From contig CAZALK010000005.1 in NCBI GenBank assembly GCA_964486045.1, positions 190,713 to 254,712 on the forward strand: a stretch of 64,000 bases of DNA. The letters run 5' to 3'. Numbering within the stretch: the stretch's first letter is position 1; the number at the start of each line of letters is the position of its first letter. This document shows positions 50,431 to 60,667 of the stretch, in pieces. The position numbers and the translations under genes were made by a program. The DNA comes from an uncultured archaeon. GTDB lineage: Archaea; Asgardarchaeota; Lokiarchaeia; Sigyniarchaeales; SOKP01. The notes under the pieces are model-generated. The model worked only from the letters and a program-made list of their open reading frames with translations. It was not told where the DNA came from and ran no database searches.

Positions 50431-50679
50431 AAGAATTGGTAATAATTTTTGGTATTAGATGTAACAACTATTTTTTTTTATTTATTATAATAATCTTTAA
50501 GTATTTTTTTTGAGAAACCATTTCATATAAACTAATTTATTTGAAAGAACTCCCCAAATCAAAAACTTTTTTTTTAATTCAATTTTTTAAAAATTACTGA
50601 TTAGATTTGAGATTTTAATATTATATGATTGATAATCTTACGATAATTTACCTAAAATGACATCCGTTGTTGTATAAAT

Positions 50680-52164
50680 ATGGCAGGAAAATTCCTTAAA
50701 TTCTTCGCACCATTCGTAAAAGCAATGCCCGAAATAAAAAATCCTCAACGTGAGGTTTCTTTTAAAGAGAAGTTTATTTGGACCGCTGTTGTACTAATTA
50801 TCTATTTAATAATGTCAAACATCCCTCTCTATGGTATTCAGATTGAAGATTCAACTGACTATTTTTATTGGTTACGTGTAATTCTCGCAAGCCAGAGGGG
50901 AACACTTACTGAACTCGGTATTGGTCCTATTGTGACTGCAGGACTTATCATGCAATTATTATTAGGCTCCAAAATCATAAATGTAAATATGGCTGATCCC
51001 TATGATAGAGCTTTATTTAGTGGGTCTCAGAAGGTTCTTGCCATATTCTTAACAACTTTTAATGCTATTGCTTATTTACTCGGTGGTGCTTTTGGAAGTT
51101 TATCAGAAATAGGGATTCAAGGTGCAGTCTTTGTATTTGTTCAATTACTTTTTGCAGGAGTAATTATAATTCTCCTTGATGAATTACTTCAAAAAGGATG
51201 GGGTCTTGGTAGTGGTGTATCCTTATTTATTGCTGCTGGTGTGGCGGGTCAAATATTTTGGAATAGTTTCAGTTTTATTACTACCCCAGCTCCCCCTGAG
51301 GGGGATGGATTACCACGAGGAATTGTTATTGCGTTTTTTACTGCAATCTTTGATAACAATCCTAATACTAATGTAGGAGATCTTTTTCTTAGGGGATCAC
51401 TCCCATCACTACTAGGCATCGTAACTACTGTGGGTATAGTTTTCTTGGTCGTTTGGTTTGAATCAACCCGTGTAGAAATTCCCCTTACATATCGAGGCTA
51501 TCGAGGATATAAAGGTAAATATCCAATGAAACTACTGTATGTATCAAATATTCCTGTAATACTAGTTAATGCATTATATGCAAATTTTCTATTTTTTGGG
51601 CAGTTACTTGCTGGACCAGCATCTGGTATACGTGGAAGTAATGGAGGTCTTATCCCCGATATGTGGATTGACCTAATAGGAGTTTTTAAGTCGCAGCAAG
51701 GTGGAGGAGGTGGTCAGCTAGTACCTACAGGGGGATTAATTTATTTGCTTACACCTCCATTAGGAATGGCTCAGTTAGTAGCAGATCCCTTTAGGGCTGT
51801 TTTTTATTTACTTATTTTCATCTTCCTTTGTATAATACTCGGACGCGTGTGGGTGGAAGTAAGTGGATTAGCGCCTCGCGATATAGCAGGGCAGATAATA
51901 GATTCAAAGATGCAAGTACCCGGATTCAGGAGCTCTGAGAAAATATTGGAACGGATATTAAAACGGTACATCCCGACCTTGGTGATTCTTAACGGAATTC
52001 TTATAGCTACACTGAGTTTCTTCGCAGATAGTTTAGGAGCTTTAACATCCGGTACAGGTTTATTAATAAGCATTGGTATTATTCACCAATATGGTGAGAC
52101 CCTTGCGAAAGAAATGGCCGCCGCCCAATATCCTGGAATGCGCGGATTGCTTGGAATGGATTAA
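50680..52164 (+). CDS. secY: Preprotein translocase SecY/Sec61 alpha
   Basis: LGIGPIVTAG, GWGLGSGVSLFIA, YPMKLLYVSNIP and GTGLL motifs. Confidence 0.97.
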   Translation: MAGKFLKFFAPFVKAMPEIKNPQREVSFKEKFIWTAVVLIIYLIMSNIPLYGIQIEDSTDYFYWLRVILASQRGTLTELGIGPIVTAGLIMQLLLGSKIINVNMADPYDRALFSGSQKVLAIFLTTFNAIAYLLGGAFGSLSEIGIQGAVFVFVQLLFAGVIIILLDELLQKGWGLGSGVSLFIAAGVAGQIFWNSFSFITTPAPPEGDGLPRGIVIAFFTAIFDNNPNTNVGDLFLRGSLPSLLGIVTTVGIVFLVVWFESTRVEIPLTYRGYRGYKGKYPMKLLYVSNIPVILVNALYANFLFFGQLLAGPASGIRGSNGGLIPDMWIDLIGVFKSQQGGGGGQLVPTGGLIYLLTPPLGMAQLVADPFRAVFYLLIFIFLCIILGRVWVEVSGLAPRDIAGQIIDSKMQVPGFRSSEKILERILKRYIPTLVILNGILIATLSFFADSLGALTSGTGLLISIGIIHQYGETLAKEMAAAQYPGMRGLLGMD

Positions 52165-53327
52165 TAGGTCAATCTACTTCGCTTTTGACAAAAGATGGAC
52201 TCTCTGGGAGTCACCTTATAAGATGTTTCATCCCGGAAAATCCGAACTCTAAATCTATTCAGAGTACATTGATTTAAATTAATAAATTTACTTATAATAT
52301 AATGATTAAATATTATCAAAAACATAAATTTCAGCAAGAAATATATGATTCATAGCGAATTTAAATATTTAGGAACAACCAAGCTAAGAAAGAGAGAAAT
52401 AGGGAGCAGAAAAGTCACCAAAGAGACTTATATTAACCATTTGCTTTCAATTAAGTTAGTAAATAAATATACTTTAATTTGTGTCAATGAATTAGAGTTA
52501 ATGGAGTATTCCCGTAGAGGAAGTGAATTCGATTCTATAGCTGACAAACTAAGAAATTGGTATGAAAGTGACTATGAGATCAATATCTCTGATTACGACT
52601 TTACATTTCCTATTCTTAATGAACTTGCGTATATGGGGGAACAAGAAGCACTACAAACCTATAATAAACTTATTTCTAATAGAGCAATAATTGAAAAGCT
52701 TATAGACATTGATTTTAATAATTTTTTCAAGGATATCTATGATATTTATCTAGAACAATTAGAGAAGGGGGAAGTAAATATGGATCTAGCAAAACGAATT
52801 AAATTAGAAGATTTATGTTCATTTTATTATTATCAATACAAAGCTGATATATTAGAAAATGATTTTTACCTACATATTTGGGATAAAATAAAATTTAACC
52901 TGAAAATTCCCATATCTCTAATTGATGAGGATATTATTAAAGAATTATTCAAAGCTTTTGAGGTAAAGCTATGGACTGACGATCCAGATTTGAATTATGA
53001 AGCTTATAGCAGTGAATATAATTCAAAATATAATAGGACATTCTTTAAAGAAATAATCGATCCAATTTTAATGGAAATTCTAACAACTAGACCAAAACTT
53101 AAAACCCAATTTATTTTAGAATTTAATAATAAAATTAACTCTTTAAATAAACTTAATTCACCTGAAATAATATTGATAGACGTTGTTTTAAAGTGCTCCG
53201 ATCTTACCGAAGATTTGTTCGAATATAATTCATGCGTTTCAAAAGTGTATAGCAGTATTAGCTATCTATCGCAAATTAAGTTAAACGTAGGTTAGTTGAT
53301 GTATTTGCTTCTTGGAATGGATTAATA
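52150..53327. mobile_element. Insertion of about 1.16 kb bounded by 17-bp direct repeats at the secY 3' end
   Basis: cttggaatggattaata occurs at 52150-52166 (including the secY stop) and at 53311-53327. Confidence 0.7.
52345..53295 (+). CDS. Hypothetical protein (cargo of the insertion)
   Basis: 316-aa ORF with no recognised motif. Confidence 0.65.
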   Translation: MIHSEFKYLGTTKLRKREIGSRKVTKETYINHLLSIKLVNKYTLICVNELELMEYSRRGSEFDSIADKLRNWYESDYEINISDYDFTFPILNELAYMGEQEALQTYNKLISNRAIIEKLIDIDFNNFFKDIYDIYLEQLEKGEVNMDLAKRIKLEDLCSFYYYQYKADILENDFYLHIWDKIKFNLKIPISLIDEDIIKELFKAFEVKLWTDDPDLNYEAYSSEYNSKYNRTFFKEIIDPILMEILTTRPKLKTQFILEFNNKINSLNKLNSPEIILIDVVLKCSDLTEDLFEYNSCVSKVYSSISYLSQIKLNVG

Positions 53328-53398
53328 CGATTGTAATGATGAATTTGGGTTCCTTCTATAAAGTTTATAATTGTTTTTAATTTACTTAAAGTATAATA

Positions 53399-53995
53399 AT
53401 GATTTTATTAACATTCAATTTTGCAGATTGGCTTTCTTCACCACCAATATCAATGTTTTTTGTGCTAATTTTATCTTGTCTTACCGCATTAATAAGTGCT
53501 TTCTTAACTAGGTGGCTAGTTGATACTGATGAACTTGAGCGTAAGCAAAAACAAGTCAAAGGTCATGGAGAAGAGAAAGAAAAGATAGTTGAACTAGCTG
53601 AAATTGATCCAGAACGTTATCAAAAGCAACGAAAAAGATGGGAGCGTAAAGAAGCAATGTTAAAGCAATCGCAGCAGAAAATGTCACTTCAGAGATTGAA
53701 ACCAACTTGTATAACTTTTCTTCCTATGATTATAATTTTTGGTATTCTGAATACTATTTTTAGTGGTGCACAAGTGGCACTTAGTCCTATGCACGCTAAT
53801 GATCTCCCACTTATAGGAGGCTTTATAAGCGCAGGACCCGTTTGGATAAACTTTACGGCATGGTATTTTCTGTGCTCTTTAGGGATTAATACTTTAGTTC
53901 AAAGGTTACTTAAGTTACAGACACAGGCATCAGGTGGAATGGGGCAGATGATGGGCGCTACTAAAGCTAAGGGTATCGAGTTTCCAGATGTATAA
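53399..53995 (+). CDS. DUF106 / EMC3-TMCO1 (Oxa1 superfamily) membrane protein
   Basis: TM - coiled coil - KPTCITFLP - WYFLCS; usual position downstream of secY. Confidence 0.88.
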   Translation: MILLTFNFADWLSSPPISMFFVLILSCLTALISAFLTRWLVDTDELERKQKQVKGHGEEKEKIVELAEIDPERYQKQRKRWERKEAMLKQSQQKMSLQRLKPTCITFLPMIIIFGILNTIFSGAQVALSPMHANDLPLIGGFISAGPVWINFTAWYFLCSLGINTLVQRLLKLQTQASGGMGQMMGATKAKGIEFPDV

Positions 53996-54093
53996 ATAAA
54001 TTCAACTTTGAAAACAAACTTATTGAATTCATGTATAATAAAGCAACGGGGAGTATTTCTTTAACTTCTTTTTATGAGTATAAAGAAATGATA

Positions 54094-54192
54094 CGCAGAC
54101 AGAGGGATTCGAACCCCCGAGTGCATTCGCACACTGGCTTTCTGGGAGTATTCCCGCTCCAAGCCAGCGCCGTACCGCTAGGCAATGTCTGC
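54094..54192 (-). tRNA. tRNA-Ser(GGA) with canonical 37/38 intron (54140-54156, 17 nt)
   Basis: GCAGACA/TGTCTGC acceptor stem, CTGGC-TTGGAGA-GCCAG after splicing, long variable arm, TTCGAAT, G73. BHB is ttgg AGC ggg..ctc ccag AAA. Confidence 0.92.
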
Positions 54193-54392
54193 AAAAAATC
54201 TGATCAGATTATTTCAGTATTATTTTCAATATAAGGATTCAAAATTTTAATATTTTATCTAATGAATTTTGAAAATAAAAATCGAAAATAATTTATTTTT
54301 ACTTGAATTTACTAAGTTACTTCAAATTGATGTAATTTACTGGAAATATACTACACCAGTAACTAAACAAATAATTTGGTGACAAATTACAT

Positions 54393-54665
54393 ATGAGCGT
54401 GTATGATATAGGAAGGCTCTGCGTTAAAACAATGGGCAGAGAAGCTGGACATTATTGTGTTATCATTGACATAATTGATAAAAATTATCTCCTAATTGAT
54501 GGCTTAAATATCAAAAGAAGAAGGGTCAATTATAATCATATTGAGCCAATTCCGGAAACAATTGATATTAAAAAAAGCGCTAACCATGAAGAAGTTGAAA
54601 GCGCGATAAAAAAGGCAAAACTAGACAAAAAAATGAAAGAAATTGTTTCTTTCCCTATAAAATAA
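54393..54665 (+). CDS. rpl14e: 50S ribosomal protein eL14
   Basis: IGRLCVKTMGREAG and KRRRVNYNHIEP motifs. Confidence 0.93.
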   Translation: MSVYDIGRLCVKTMGREAGHYCVIIDIIDKNYLLIDGLNIKRRRVNYNHIEPIPETIDIKKSANHEEVESAIKKAKLDKKMKEIVSFPIK

Positions 54666-54835
54666 TTTTTTTTTATCCTATTTTTTTTATGTAATTGTTT
54701 AAACTTCTTTAATTGTAAATTAAAATATGAAAATGCATAAACTGTCCCATTTTAATCGTTAAACGAGCCTATACGAATGTTAAGATACAAGTTATTTGTT
54801 GTGTTTAGTTTGTGTCTTACAGGATTTTAATACAG

Positions 54836-55384
54836 TTAAAATAATTCCTTTTTTTTTAAAGCAGAGAATATCAGTTCTAAAATTTCTTCAATAGTCGATT
54901 CTGCTGTATCAATAATCAAATCATAGATCTCCTCTATTTTTAATTGATTATTTAGATCAATATTATATAGTTTGTTAAATCGAGCTAGTTCTGATTTTTC
55001 TCTTATGGTTGTCTCCTTTAATTTATCATCGTACATTGAATTATCTCTTTCAACCATTCTATTAACTCTTATTTTCAATGAGCAAGTTAATAAAATTTTA
55101 AAATCTGCTATTGACTCAAGATTGTAGGCACTTAGTTGGCTATCTATTACTACGTTATCTTTTAAAGCTATCCCCATTATTTTATCATCTAATTTCCTAT
55201 CGATATCCGGATTCTTTTCAACGTAGTCTGTGAATTCTTCTAATGTAAAATTCATATCTTTCGCCAGATCTCTAAAATCCTGTCCTGTACTATAATATTT
55301 CAATCCTAATTTTTGAGAGAGCAATTTCCCAATTGTGCTTTTACCAGTTCCATGCAGTCCTGAAATTGTTAAGATCATTATCAA
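54836..55384 (-). CDS. cmk: Cytidylate kinase (archaeal type)
   Basis: ISGLHGTGKST, STGQDFR, IDRKLD and YDLIIDT motifs. Confidence 0.9.
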   Translation of the reverse strand: MIMILTISGLHGTGKSTIGKLLSQKLGLKYYSTGQDFRDLAKDMNFTLEEFTDYVEKNPDIDRKLDDKIMGIALKDNVVIDSQLSAYNLESIADFKILLTCSLKIRVNRMVERDNSMYDDKLKETTIREKSELARFNKLYNIDLNNQLKIEEIYDLIIDTAESTIEEILELIFSALKKKELF

Positions 55385-55469
55385 ATAAATTTTAAATATT
55401 AATGGAATCTCAAATGAAGTAATATATCTTTAATATTTAAATAGTAGAAGTTGATTAAATGAAAAATAA

Positions 55470-55739
55470 TTATGAGTTCCAAATTGACTCTTTTATTAAA
55501 GTTTTCAGACATAAAGAACAATACCTTCCACTTTCTGTTCTATTTGCTCTTCTAGCAGTTTTATCTGTTTTTTTCATTTTTGAGGTGCGCAATCGTGGAA
55601 TAGATTGAATAGGTCTCTTACAAATTGTACAATGTGCTCTTTTAGGTTTTCTTCTCCAATAATGAGTAACTTTTTTGTTACCTGGTGTTCTTAATTTTTT
55701 CCTAGCTTGGCTTCTGGATCTCAAACCTGGACGTGGAAT
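55470..55739 (-). CDS. rpl34e: 50S ribosomal protein eL34, probable ATT start
   Basis: (M)PRPGLRSRS...RTPG...CTIC...ANR...CSLC. ATT at 55739 follows an in-frame TAA and a GAGGT element. Confidence 0.88.
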   Translation of the reverse strand: MPRPGLRSRSQARKKLRTPGNKKVTHYWRRKPKRAHCTICKRPIQSIPRLRTSKMKKTDKTARRANRTESGRYCSLCLKTLIKESIWNS

Positions 55740-55832
55740 TTAAATAACCTCTTAGAGTATTATTATAGGGGAATATTAATTAAGCTAATATTATGTTAAA
55801 ATAAGAAAAGAATATTAATTTTATTGTTTTGC

Positions 55833-56480
55833 TTATGCTTTTAGAGTTAATTTGCTTTGAAATTCCTTGAAGATTTGATATATTTCATCTCCAATTTCAT
55901 CACTAGATATAATTCCTCTGTCTTCACTTTTAAATTTAGCTAGTGTGTTTTCATAAATCCTTTTAATTTTTATACGAAGATCATCCATTCCAGGAAATCT
56001 CTTTATATTAATTTTTAGTTCTCTAAAAAGGTTATCTATAAGCTCAATATTATGCAATCCTTTTAATTTCAAGGCATCCATCAATGTTATAAATGAGGAA
56101 GTTATTTCTAAAGTGATACCCGGAAGTTCTAATACAGTAGAGCTTATATTCCTTCGAACAATTGTTCGATCCAATAAATCACTCTCATCGGCGTTATGAG
56201 CGAATTCCAGAGAAGAAAGTTTATTGATTATGTCAATTGCATTATAGTATTGTTCCATAAAGTTCATTTTCTGAAGAAGGAGGGAAAGATCAATCTTTCT
56301 TTCATTTAGATAGAAATTAAATCTTAATAATTCTTTAATTGCATTTTTAACTGTTCTTCTGAAGAAATTATTATTAATAACACCTTTCTCGAATTTTTTA
56401 TAAGCGTTAAGAATGGTATGAATTAATGCGTATAATTCCGATTCAATTTCCTTGCTAGAGTTAAATTTATCTCTTACCAT
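55833..56480 (-). CDS. Vps28-like (ESCRT-I) protein
   Basis: ELYALIHTI in the N-terminal region and ITSSFITLMDALKL...IYQIFKEFQSKL in the C-terminal bundle resemble Vps28. Confidence 0.7.
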   Translation of the reverse strand: MVRDKFNSSKEIESELYALIHTILNAYKKFEKGVINNNFFRRTVKNAIKELLRFNFYLNERKIDLSLLLQKMNFMEQYYNAIDIINKLSSLEFAHNADESDLLDRTIVRRNISSTVLELPGITLEITSSFITLMDALKLKGLHNIELIDNLFRELKINIKRFPGMDDLRIKIKRIYENTLAKFKSEDRGIISSDEIGDEIYQIFKEFQSKLTLKA

Positions 56481-56543
56481 GTTATTGTTAACAGATTAAA
56501 AATAAGATATTTTGTAAATTTTATTAAATATTATATTATAAAT

Positions 56544-57458
56544 TTAGCCGAATAATGTAGGGCGCAAGAAATAGAATAAAATAGCAATTATAGCACCAAT
56601 AATAATAGTTGCAATTAATACTCGAGTTGTTGAAGAATTGCTTAACTCTCTTATTGCCAAGGTCATCAATATAGGAATCCAAATAGCAATTGTAAGTGCA
56701 TCTATTACATCTAGTACTGCCCAAATTCTAGAGTTAAACATTTGGTCCAAAGCACCAACAACATCTGTTACTGTTATCTGAGGGAATCCAACTAAAACAA
56801 TAAGAGCTTTGATTGCATTAATTAATAAGAACGGAGAAAACGCGCATAACATCATTTTAAATTTATGGGATGCTTCTAATTGGAGCATAGTACCACCTTT
56901 ATAAATACTAAATGGACTAATTTCTGCTTCTTTATATTTCTCTTGAGATTCCTTTAATCCTCCAAAACGTGCTTCTAATCTTTGACTAAACCCAACGGCG
57001 TAATTTGCACCCTTAGTAAATAACCAAATTAAAATTGCAAAAAATGTAAATTGAAAACATATTCCAAAAATAAAGAATGATGCGAAAAAACTTATATTAT
57101 AAACAAATTGAATTAACGTAAATGCCTCAACTCCAGGAAAACTAAAGTGGGAGAAGAGTGCTAAGCCCATAACTCCATAAAGTAAAGAGCTAAAAAATAA
57201 GATTAAACCGCCAGGTGCTTTACTTCTTTTATGATTGATGTCCCAAAAGCTACGAGAGGGACTTATGAAAAGATAGAGAATTTTTAAATACCATGGGTAG
57301 GGACTAATCCATTCTGCCTCATATCTTCTAAAGAAACCAACTGTTTCAATTTTCTCTATCTTTAATCGAAAACCACAGAAATTACATGCAAAACTATCAG
57401 AAGTATTCTCATTTCCGCATCGAGGACAACGTTGGAAAGAAGCAACTGTTTGGGACAA
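56544..57458 (-). CDS. Zinc-ribbon plus Yip1-like membrane protein
   Basis: CPRC..CNFC; LFISPSRSFWDI followed by about 5 TM helices. Confidence 0.65.
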   Translation of the reverse strand: MSQTVASFQRCPRCGNENTSDSFACNFCGFRLKIEKIETVGFFRRYEAEWISPYPWYLKILYLFISPSRSFWDINHKRSKAPGGLILFFSSLLYGVMGLALFSHFSFPGVEAFTLIQFVYNISFFASFFIFGICFQFTFFAILIWLFTKGANYAVGFSQRLEARFGGLKESQEKYKEAEISPFSIYKGGTMLQLEASHKFKMMLCAFSPFLLINAIKALIVLVGFPQITVTDVVGALDQMFNSRIWAVLDVIDALTIAIWIPILMTLAIRELSNSSTTRVLIATIIIGAIIAILFYFLRPTLFG

Positions 57459-57623
57459 AAATTTCTCACACGTTCATTACTTTTTTTAATAATCATATAA
57501 TAAATTAATCTTTTAAAGATTTCTTTTAAACTTGGGAGATCTCAGTAATCAAAAATTTTAGGGTATTCGATTTATTTACTATTTCTTATCTAATTGTATC
57601 TTAATCCAAAAACAATAAGCACT

Positions 57624-58697
57624 TTAAAAAATTTCTATGATGGAGTGACTATTCTTTTTAATAAACTTGTAATTTTTTCGAGTAAATAATTTAAGCAATT
57701 CTAAATTGGTTTTTGTGTGGTTAGTTATTTGGAGTACTTTTATTCTTGAAGGTTCTTTACTATAAGCCATTAATGGAATTAACTGATCGCTTAAATAGTT
57801 ATCAACGGGAATGTCATTTTCAACATACTTAATTATTTCATTTGCAGCGCTAATTCCTAAATCCTCAGATTTTATATGTCTTTCTCCTAGTATTGTTCCT
57901 GTAGAAATTATTGCCCCTGTGTCGGAACAAGACCATAATGAAAGACCCACCCCCGGACTTGTAGAAGATACCCAATGGAATTTTATATCCGTCTCAATTT
58001 TTAATTTTCTTTTAATCTGTTGTTGAATAGATTTTCTAATTCTTGTTCCGACATTGTCTCTGCTTCGTTTTAATTGGTTAGTGATAATAATCTCTCCTTG
58101 TATTAAATTAATATTTCCTAATTCTGTCAAATTTATTGGATTTATAGTTACTTTTGAAGGAAATATGGTACATTTTACTCTAGCTCCACCTTTAGGATAA
58201 AATCCGTGTTTCAGTATTTCTAAATCAATTTTACTTCCAGACCTGCTGAAAATCTTATAAACTACTTCCTTAAGATAATTAAGACTCGGAGCATACTTGC
58301 CATGGGTTCCACCTCCACTAAGAGAAATCTCAATTTTCTCTTTTTGTTTAATTTCAAGGCTTGCTATTTGAATTGGTTGTAATAATAGTCCTACGTTTGC
58401 TGCAGTGCTAATATTTACATGAATGTGATCTTTCCATTCCAGATTGGGATTTGGAATAAATATGAGTTCTTCAGTCCCTACTTTACAATCGCTTAATTTA
58501 CTATTTGTTAATTCTGCTATAGCTTTTAGACCGAGTAAATGTTGTGTTCTTAACCCAGGTTTGGGTCGATTAGCACGAATATTTCTTATTTTAATTGGAA
58601 GGTTATATAAGTAAGAGAATCCTATTGCAATTCGAAGTATGGAACCTCCACCTTCTCCGAAAGAACCGTCTAATTCTAAAAATCTCAACTTCTTCAC
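57624..58697 (-). CDS. rtcA: RNA 3'-terminal phosphate cyclase
   Basis: LDGSFGEGGGSILR, IRANRPKPGLRTQH, GFYPKGG, DQLI and HTKTN motifs. Confidence 0.93.
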   Translation of the reverse strand: MKKLRFLELDGSFGEGGGSILRIAIGFSYLYNLPIKIRNIRANRPKPGLRTQHLLGLKAIAELTNSKLSDCKVGTEELIFIPNPNLEWKDHIHVNISTAANVGLLLQPIQIASLEIKQKEKIEISLSGGGTHGKYAPSLNYLKEVVYKIFSRSGSKIDLEILKHGFYPKGGARVKCTIFPSKVTINPINLTELGNINLIQGEIIITNQLKRSRDNVGTRIRKSIQQQIKRKLKIETDIKFHWVSSTSPGVGLSLWSCSDTGAIISTGTILGERHIKSEDLGISAANEIIKYVENDIPVDNYLSDQLIPLMAYSKEPSRIKVLQITNHTKTNLELLKLFTRKNYKFIKKNSHSIIEIF

Positions 58698-58797
58698 AAA
58701 AGAAACATTTTTTATAATTTGAATAATTTGAATTTGTTCTAAAAATTTTCCTAAAGAAAGAGCTAAAGAAATTAATTATAAAAAACTATCCCTTATT

Positions 58798-59322
58798 TCA
58801 TTTTTTGATAATGTAATCAATTGAAGTCTTATTCGGAGCAACAATTAAAGGATAGTTTGTATCGATAAGCCCTTGGTTACGCATTTTTTCTACAACTTGA
58901 TTTTGTGTCTCCCAAGTAATTATAGTTTCTACACCCTCTTGATACGATTCAATTTTCGTACGAAACTCAGATAGATAATAAAACCTCTCGGCCCTATCTT
59001 TCTCATTAAATAACTGATTCTCTTCATATTCCCAACGTGAATGTATTAGAATAAGTTCTTTCAAACAATTTGTCATCCTTGCCCCAAACTTCATCAAAAA
59101 AACACCAAGAACTTGATAAGCTAACATAGACCTGTGACTAATAGCAATGTCTACTAGATCTTCATATCGTTCATTAATGAGAGTTCTCCATCTCTTCTCG
59201 GGAATATACCGAAATTCCTTTCTCTCAACTTCATTCAAAGAAGAATCCACTAACTCAGAAAACTGAAACCAATATGTAGAAGCCATGCTGCAACCCATAA
59301 TGGTATATGACCAAGTTCTCAT
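58798..59322 (-). CDS. Hypothetical protein
   Basis: 174-aa ORF with no recognised motif. Confidence 0.6.
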   Translation of the reverse strand: MRTWSYTIMGCSMASTYWFQFSELVDSSLNEVERKEFRYIPEKRWRTLINERYEDLVDIAISHRSMLAYQVLGVFLMKFGARMTNCLKELILIHSRWEYEENQLFNEKDRAERFYYLSEFRTKIESYQEGVETIITWETQNQVVEKMRNQGLIDTNYPLIVAPNKTSIDYIIKK

Positions 59323-59511
59323 ATATTTTAGAAACTAAACTTTTATTTTAATAATATTAATTAACAAAAAAAAAAATTAAATTTGAGTTATTTTGAAGTA
59401 AATGGTGAAAGAACTTACCATTTTTCCAAATTCTCTAAATAAATATTTTTCTTTTTTTCTCTTTTCTTTTATTTTAAAATTTATTAAAATATTCATATAA
59501 TAAAATAATCT

Positions 59512-60657
59512 TCATAAATCATCAGCAGTAATAAGAGATTTCAAACGATTAATTCCATCAAACTCTTCTATTAATTCTATAATCTCTTTAGGTACTAAAG
59601 GTTTCCAAGATTTATTATTTTTAATAATTAACTGTCTAATATTACTTGAATTGAATTTTTTTTTAAAAATTGTGATTTTTTTCCCCACCCTGAAACCCTC
59701 ATTCTGAAACAATTCTCTAATCCAATCACTGTTAGAAAAAATAGCGTCAAATTCTCCTACAATGGACACCACATGATCTACCCATTCTTTTGCATTAAAA
59801 ATATCAGGAACATCGTAGATATCGTATCTTTTAATAGAGATATGTCTTTTTTTAAGAGTAGTTTGGAGAAATTCTCGCCTTTCAATATTCGTAAAAGGAT
59901 CATTAAATGTATTTGACAATTGAGAGCTACCTATTCCAATCTTTACTGTTCTATATGATTTCAATATATTCTTTAGAATATATATATGTCCATGATGAAG
60001 AGGTTGAAATCTTCCGATAAATAATGCACTATTATTACTTTGTGAAAATTTTGGTACAGCTTCATTTTCAAAAAGAGAATTAATGTCAGTAGTAAATAGC
60101 TTTTTCCAAATTTTCTTTGTATATCCGATAGATTTTTCATTTTTTAATATATTTTCAAGTTCAGCTCTTCCATAAAATCTGCTTCCTTTAATGTCTAACT
60201 CATTTGGATTTGGTTTTATAATTACATCATAATCTACTAATCCAAAAAAGACATAGCTTATTTCTCTTTCTTTATCATCAGTTTCATTCTTTAATTCATA
60301 AAATTTGATCCTATTTAGTGCTCTGGATGGGATTCCAAATTCTTCTTCAAGTTCCCTCATGGCATCCTTTTTTATTTTCTTAAGATCCATACTTTTTTTC
60401 CATAATAGATGCCCAGAAGATGAATCTGTGAAATATTCTGGATACTCTGCTTTGTTGTTACTTCTTTTTTGGACTAAATATCTAATTTCCCCATTAGATG
60501 AATGCGAAATTATGAAAAATCGGGTAATTAAGTGAATAATTTTTTTCTTATGTGCTTCTTGTCTTTCCAAAGGAAATATAACTTTAGATATCTGACCTGA
60601 TTCTAAATATTTTAGGTTATTCTTTTTTATACAGGCCACGATCTCTTTTTCCATCAC
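59512..60657 (-). CDS. NUDIX plus nicotinamide-nucleotide adenylyltransferase fusion
   Basis: N-terminal QKRS..K..YP...SSGH...AMRELEEEFGI (NUDIX); C-terminal FIGRFQPLHHGH, GSSQ, DPFT and SSNIR. Confidence 0.88.
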   Translation of the reverse strand: MMEKEIVACIKKNNLKYLESGQISKVIFPLERQEAHKKKIIHLITRFFIISHSSNGEIRYLVQKRSNNKAEYPEYFTDSSSGHLLWKKSMDLKKIKKDAMRELEEEFGIPSRALNRIKFYELKNETDDKEREISYVFFGLVDYDVIIKPNPNELDIKGSRFYGRAELENILKNEKSIGYTKKIWKKLFTTDINSLFENEAVPKFSQSNNSALFIGRFQPLHHGHIYILKNILKSYRTVKIGIGSSQLSNTFNDPFTNIERREFLQTTLKKRHISIKRYDIYDVPDIFNAKEWVDHVVSIVGEFDAIFSNSDWIRELFQNEGFRVGKKITIFKKKFNSSNIRQLIIKNNKSWKPLVPKEIIELIEEFDGINRLKSLITADDL

Positions 60658-60667
60658 TTTTTTCCTC

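Noticed and set aside
54031-54234. 67-aa ORF
   Set aside because: Antisense to tRNA-Ser; spurious.
57624-58697. rtcA as the intron ligase of the splicing system
   Set aside because: RtcA is a cyclase; EndA already leaves cyclic phosphates and RtcB is the ligase. No endA or rtcB is visible in the window.
773-60535. Short antisense or overlapping ORFs in the track (e.g. 773-988, 4611-4829, 18944-19252, 44131-44622)
   Set aside because: Shadows of well-supported genes, with no motifs of their own.
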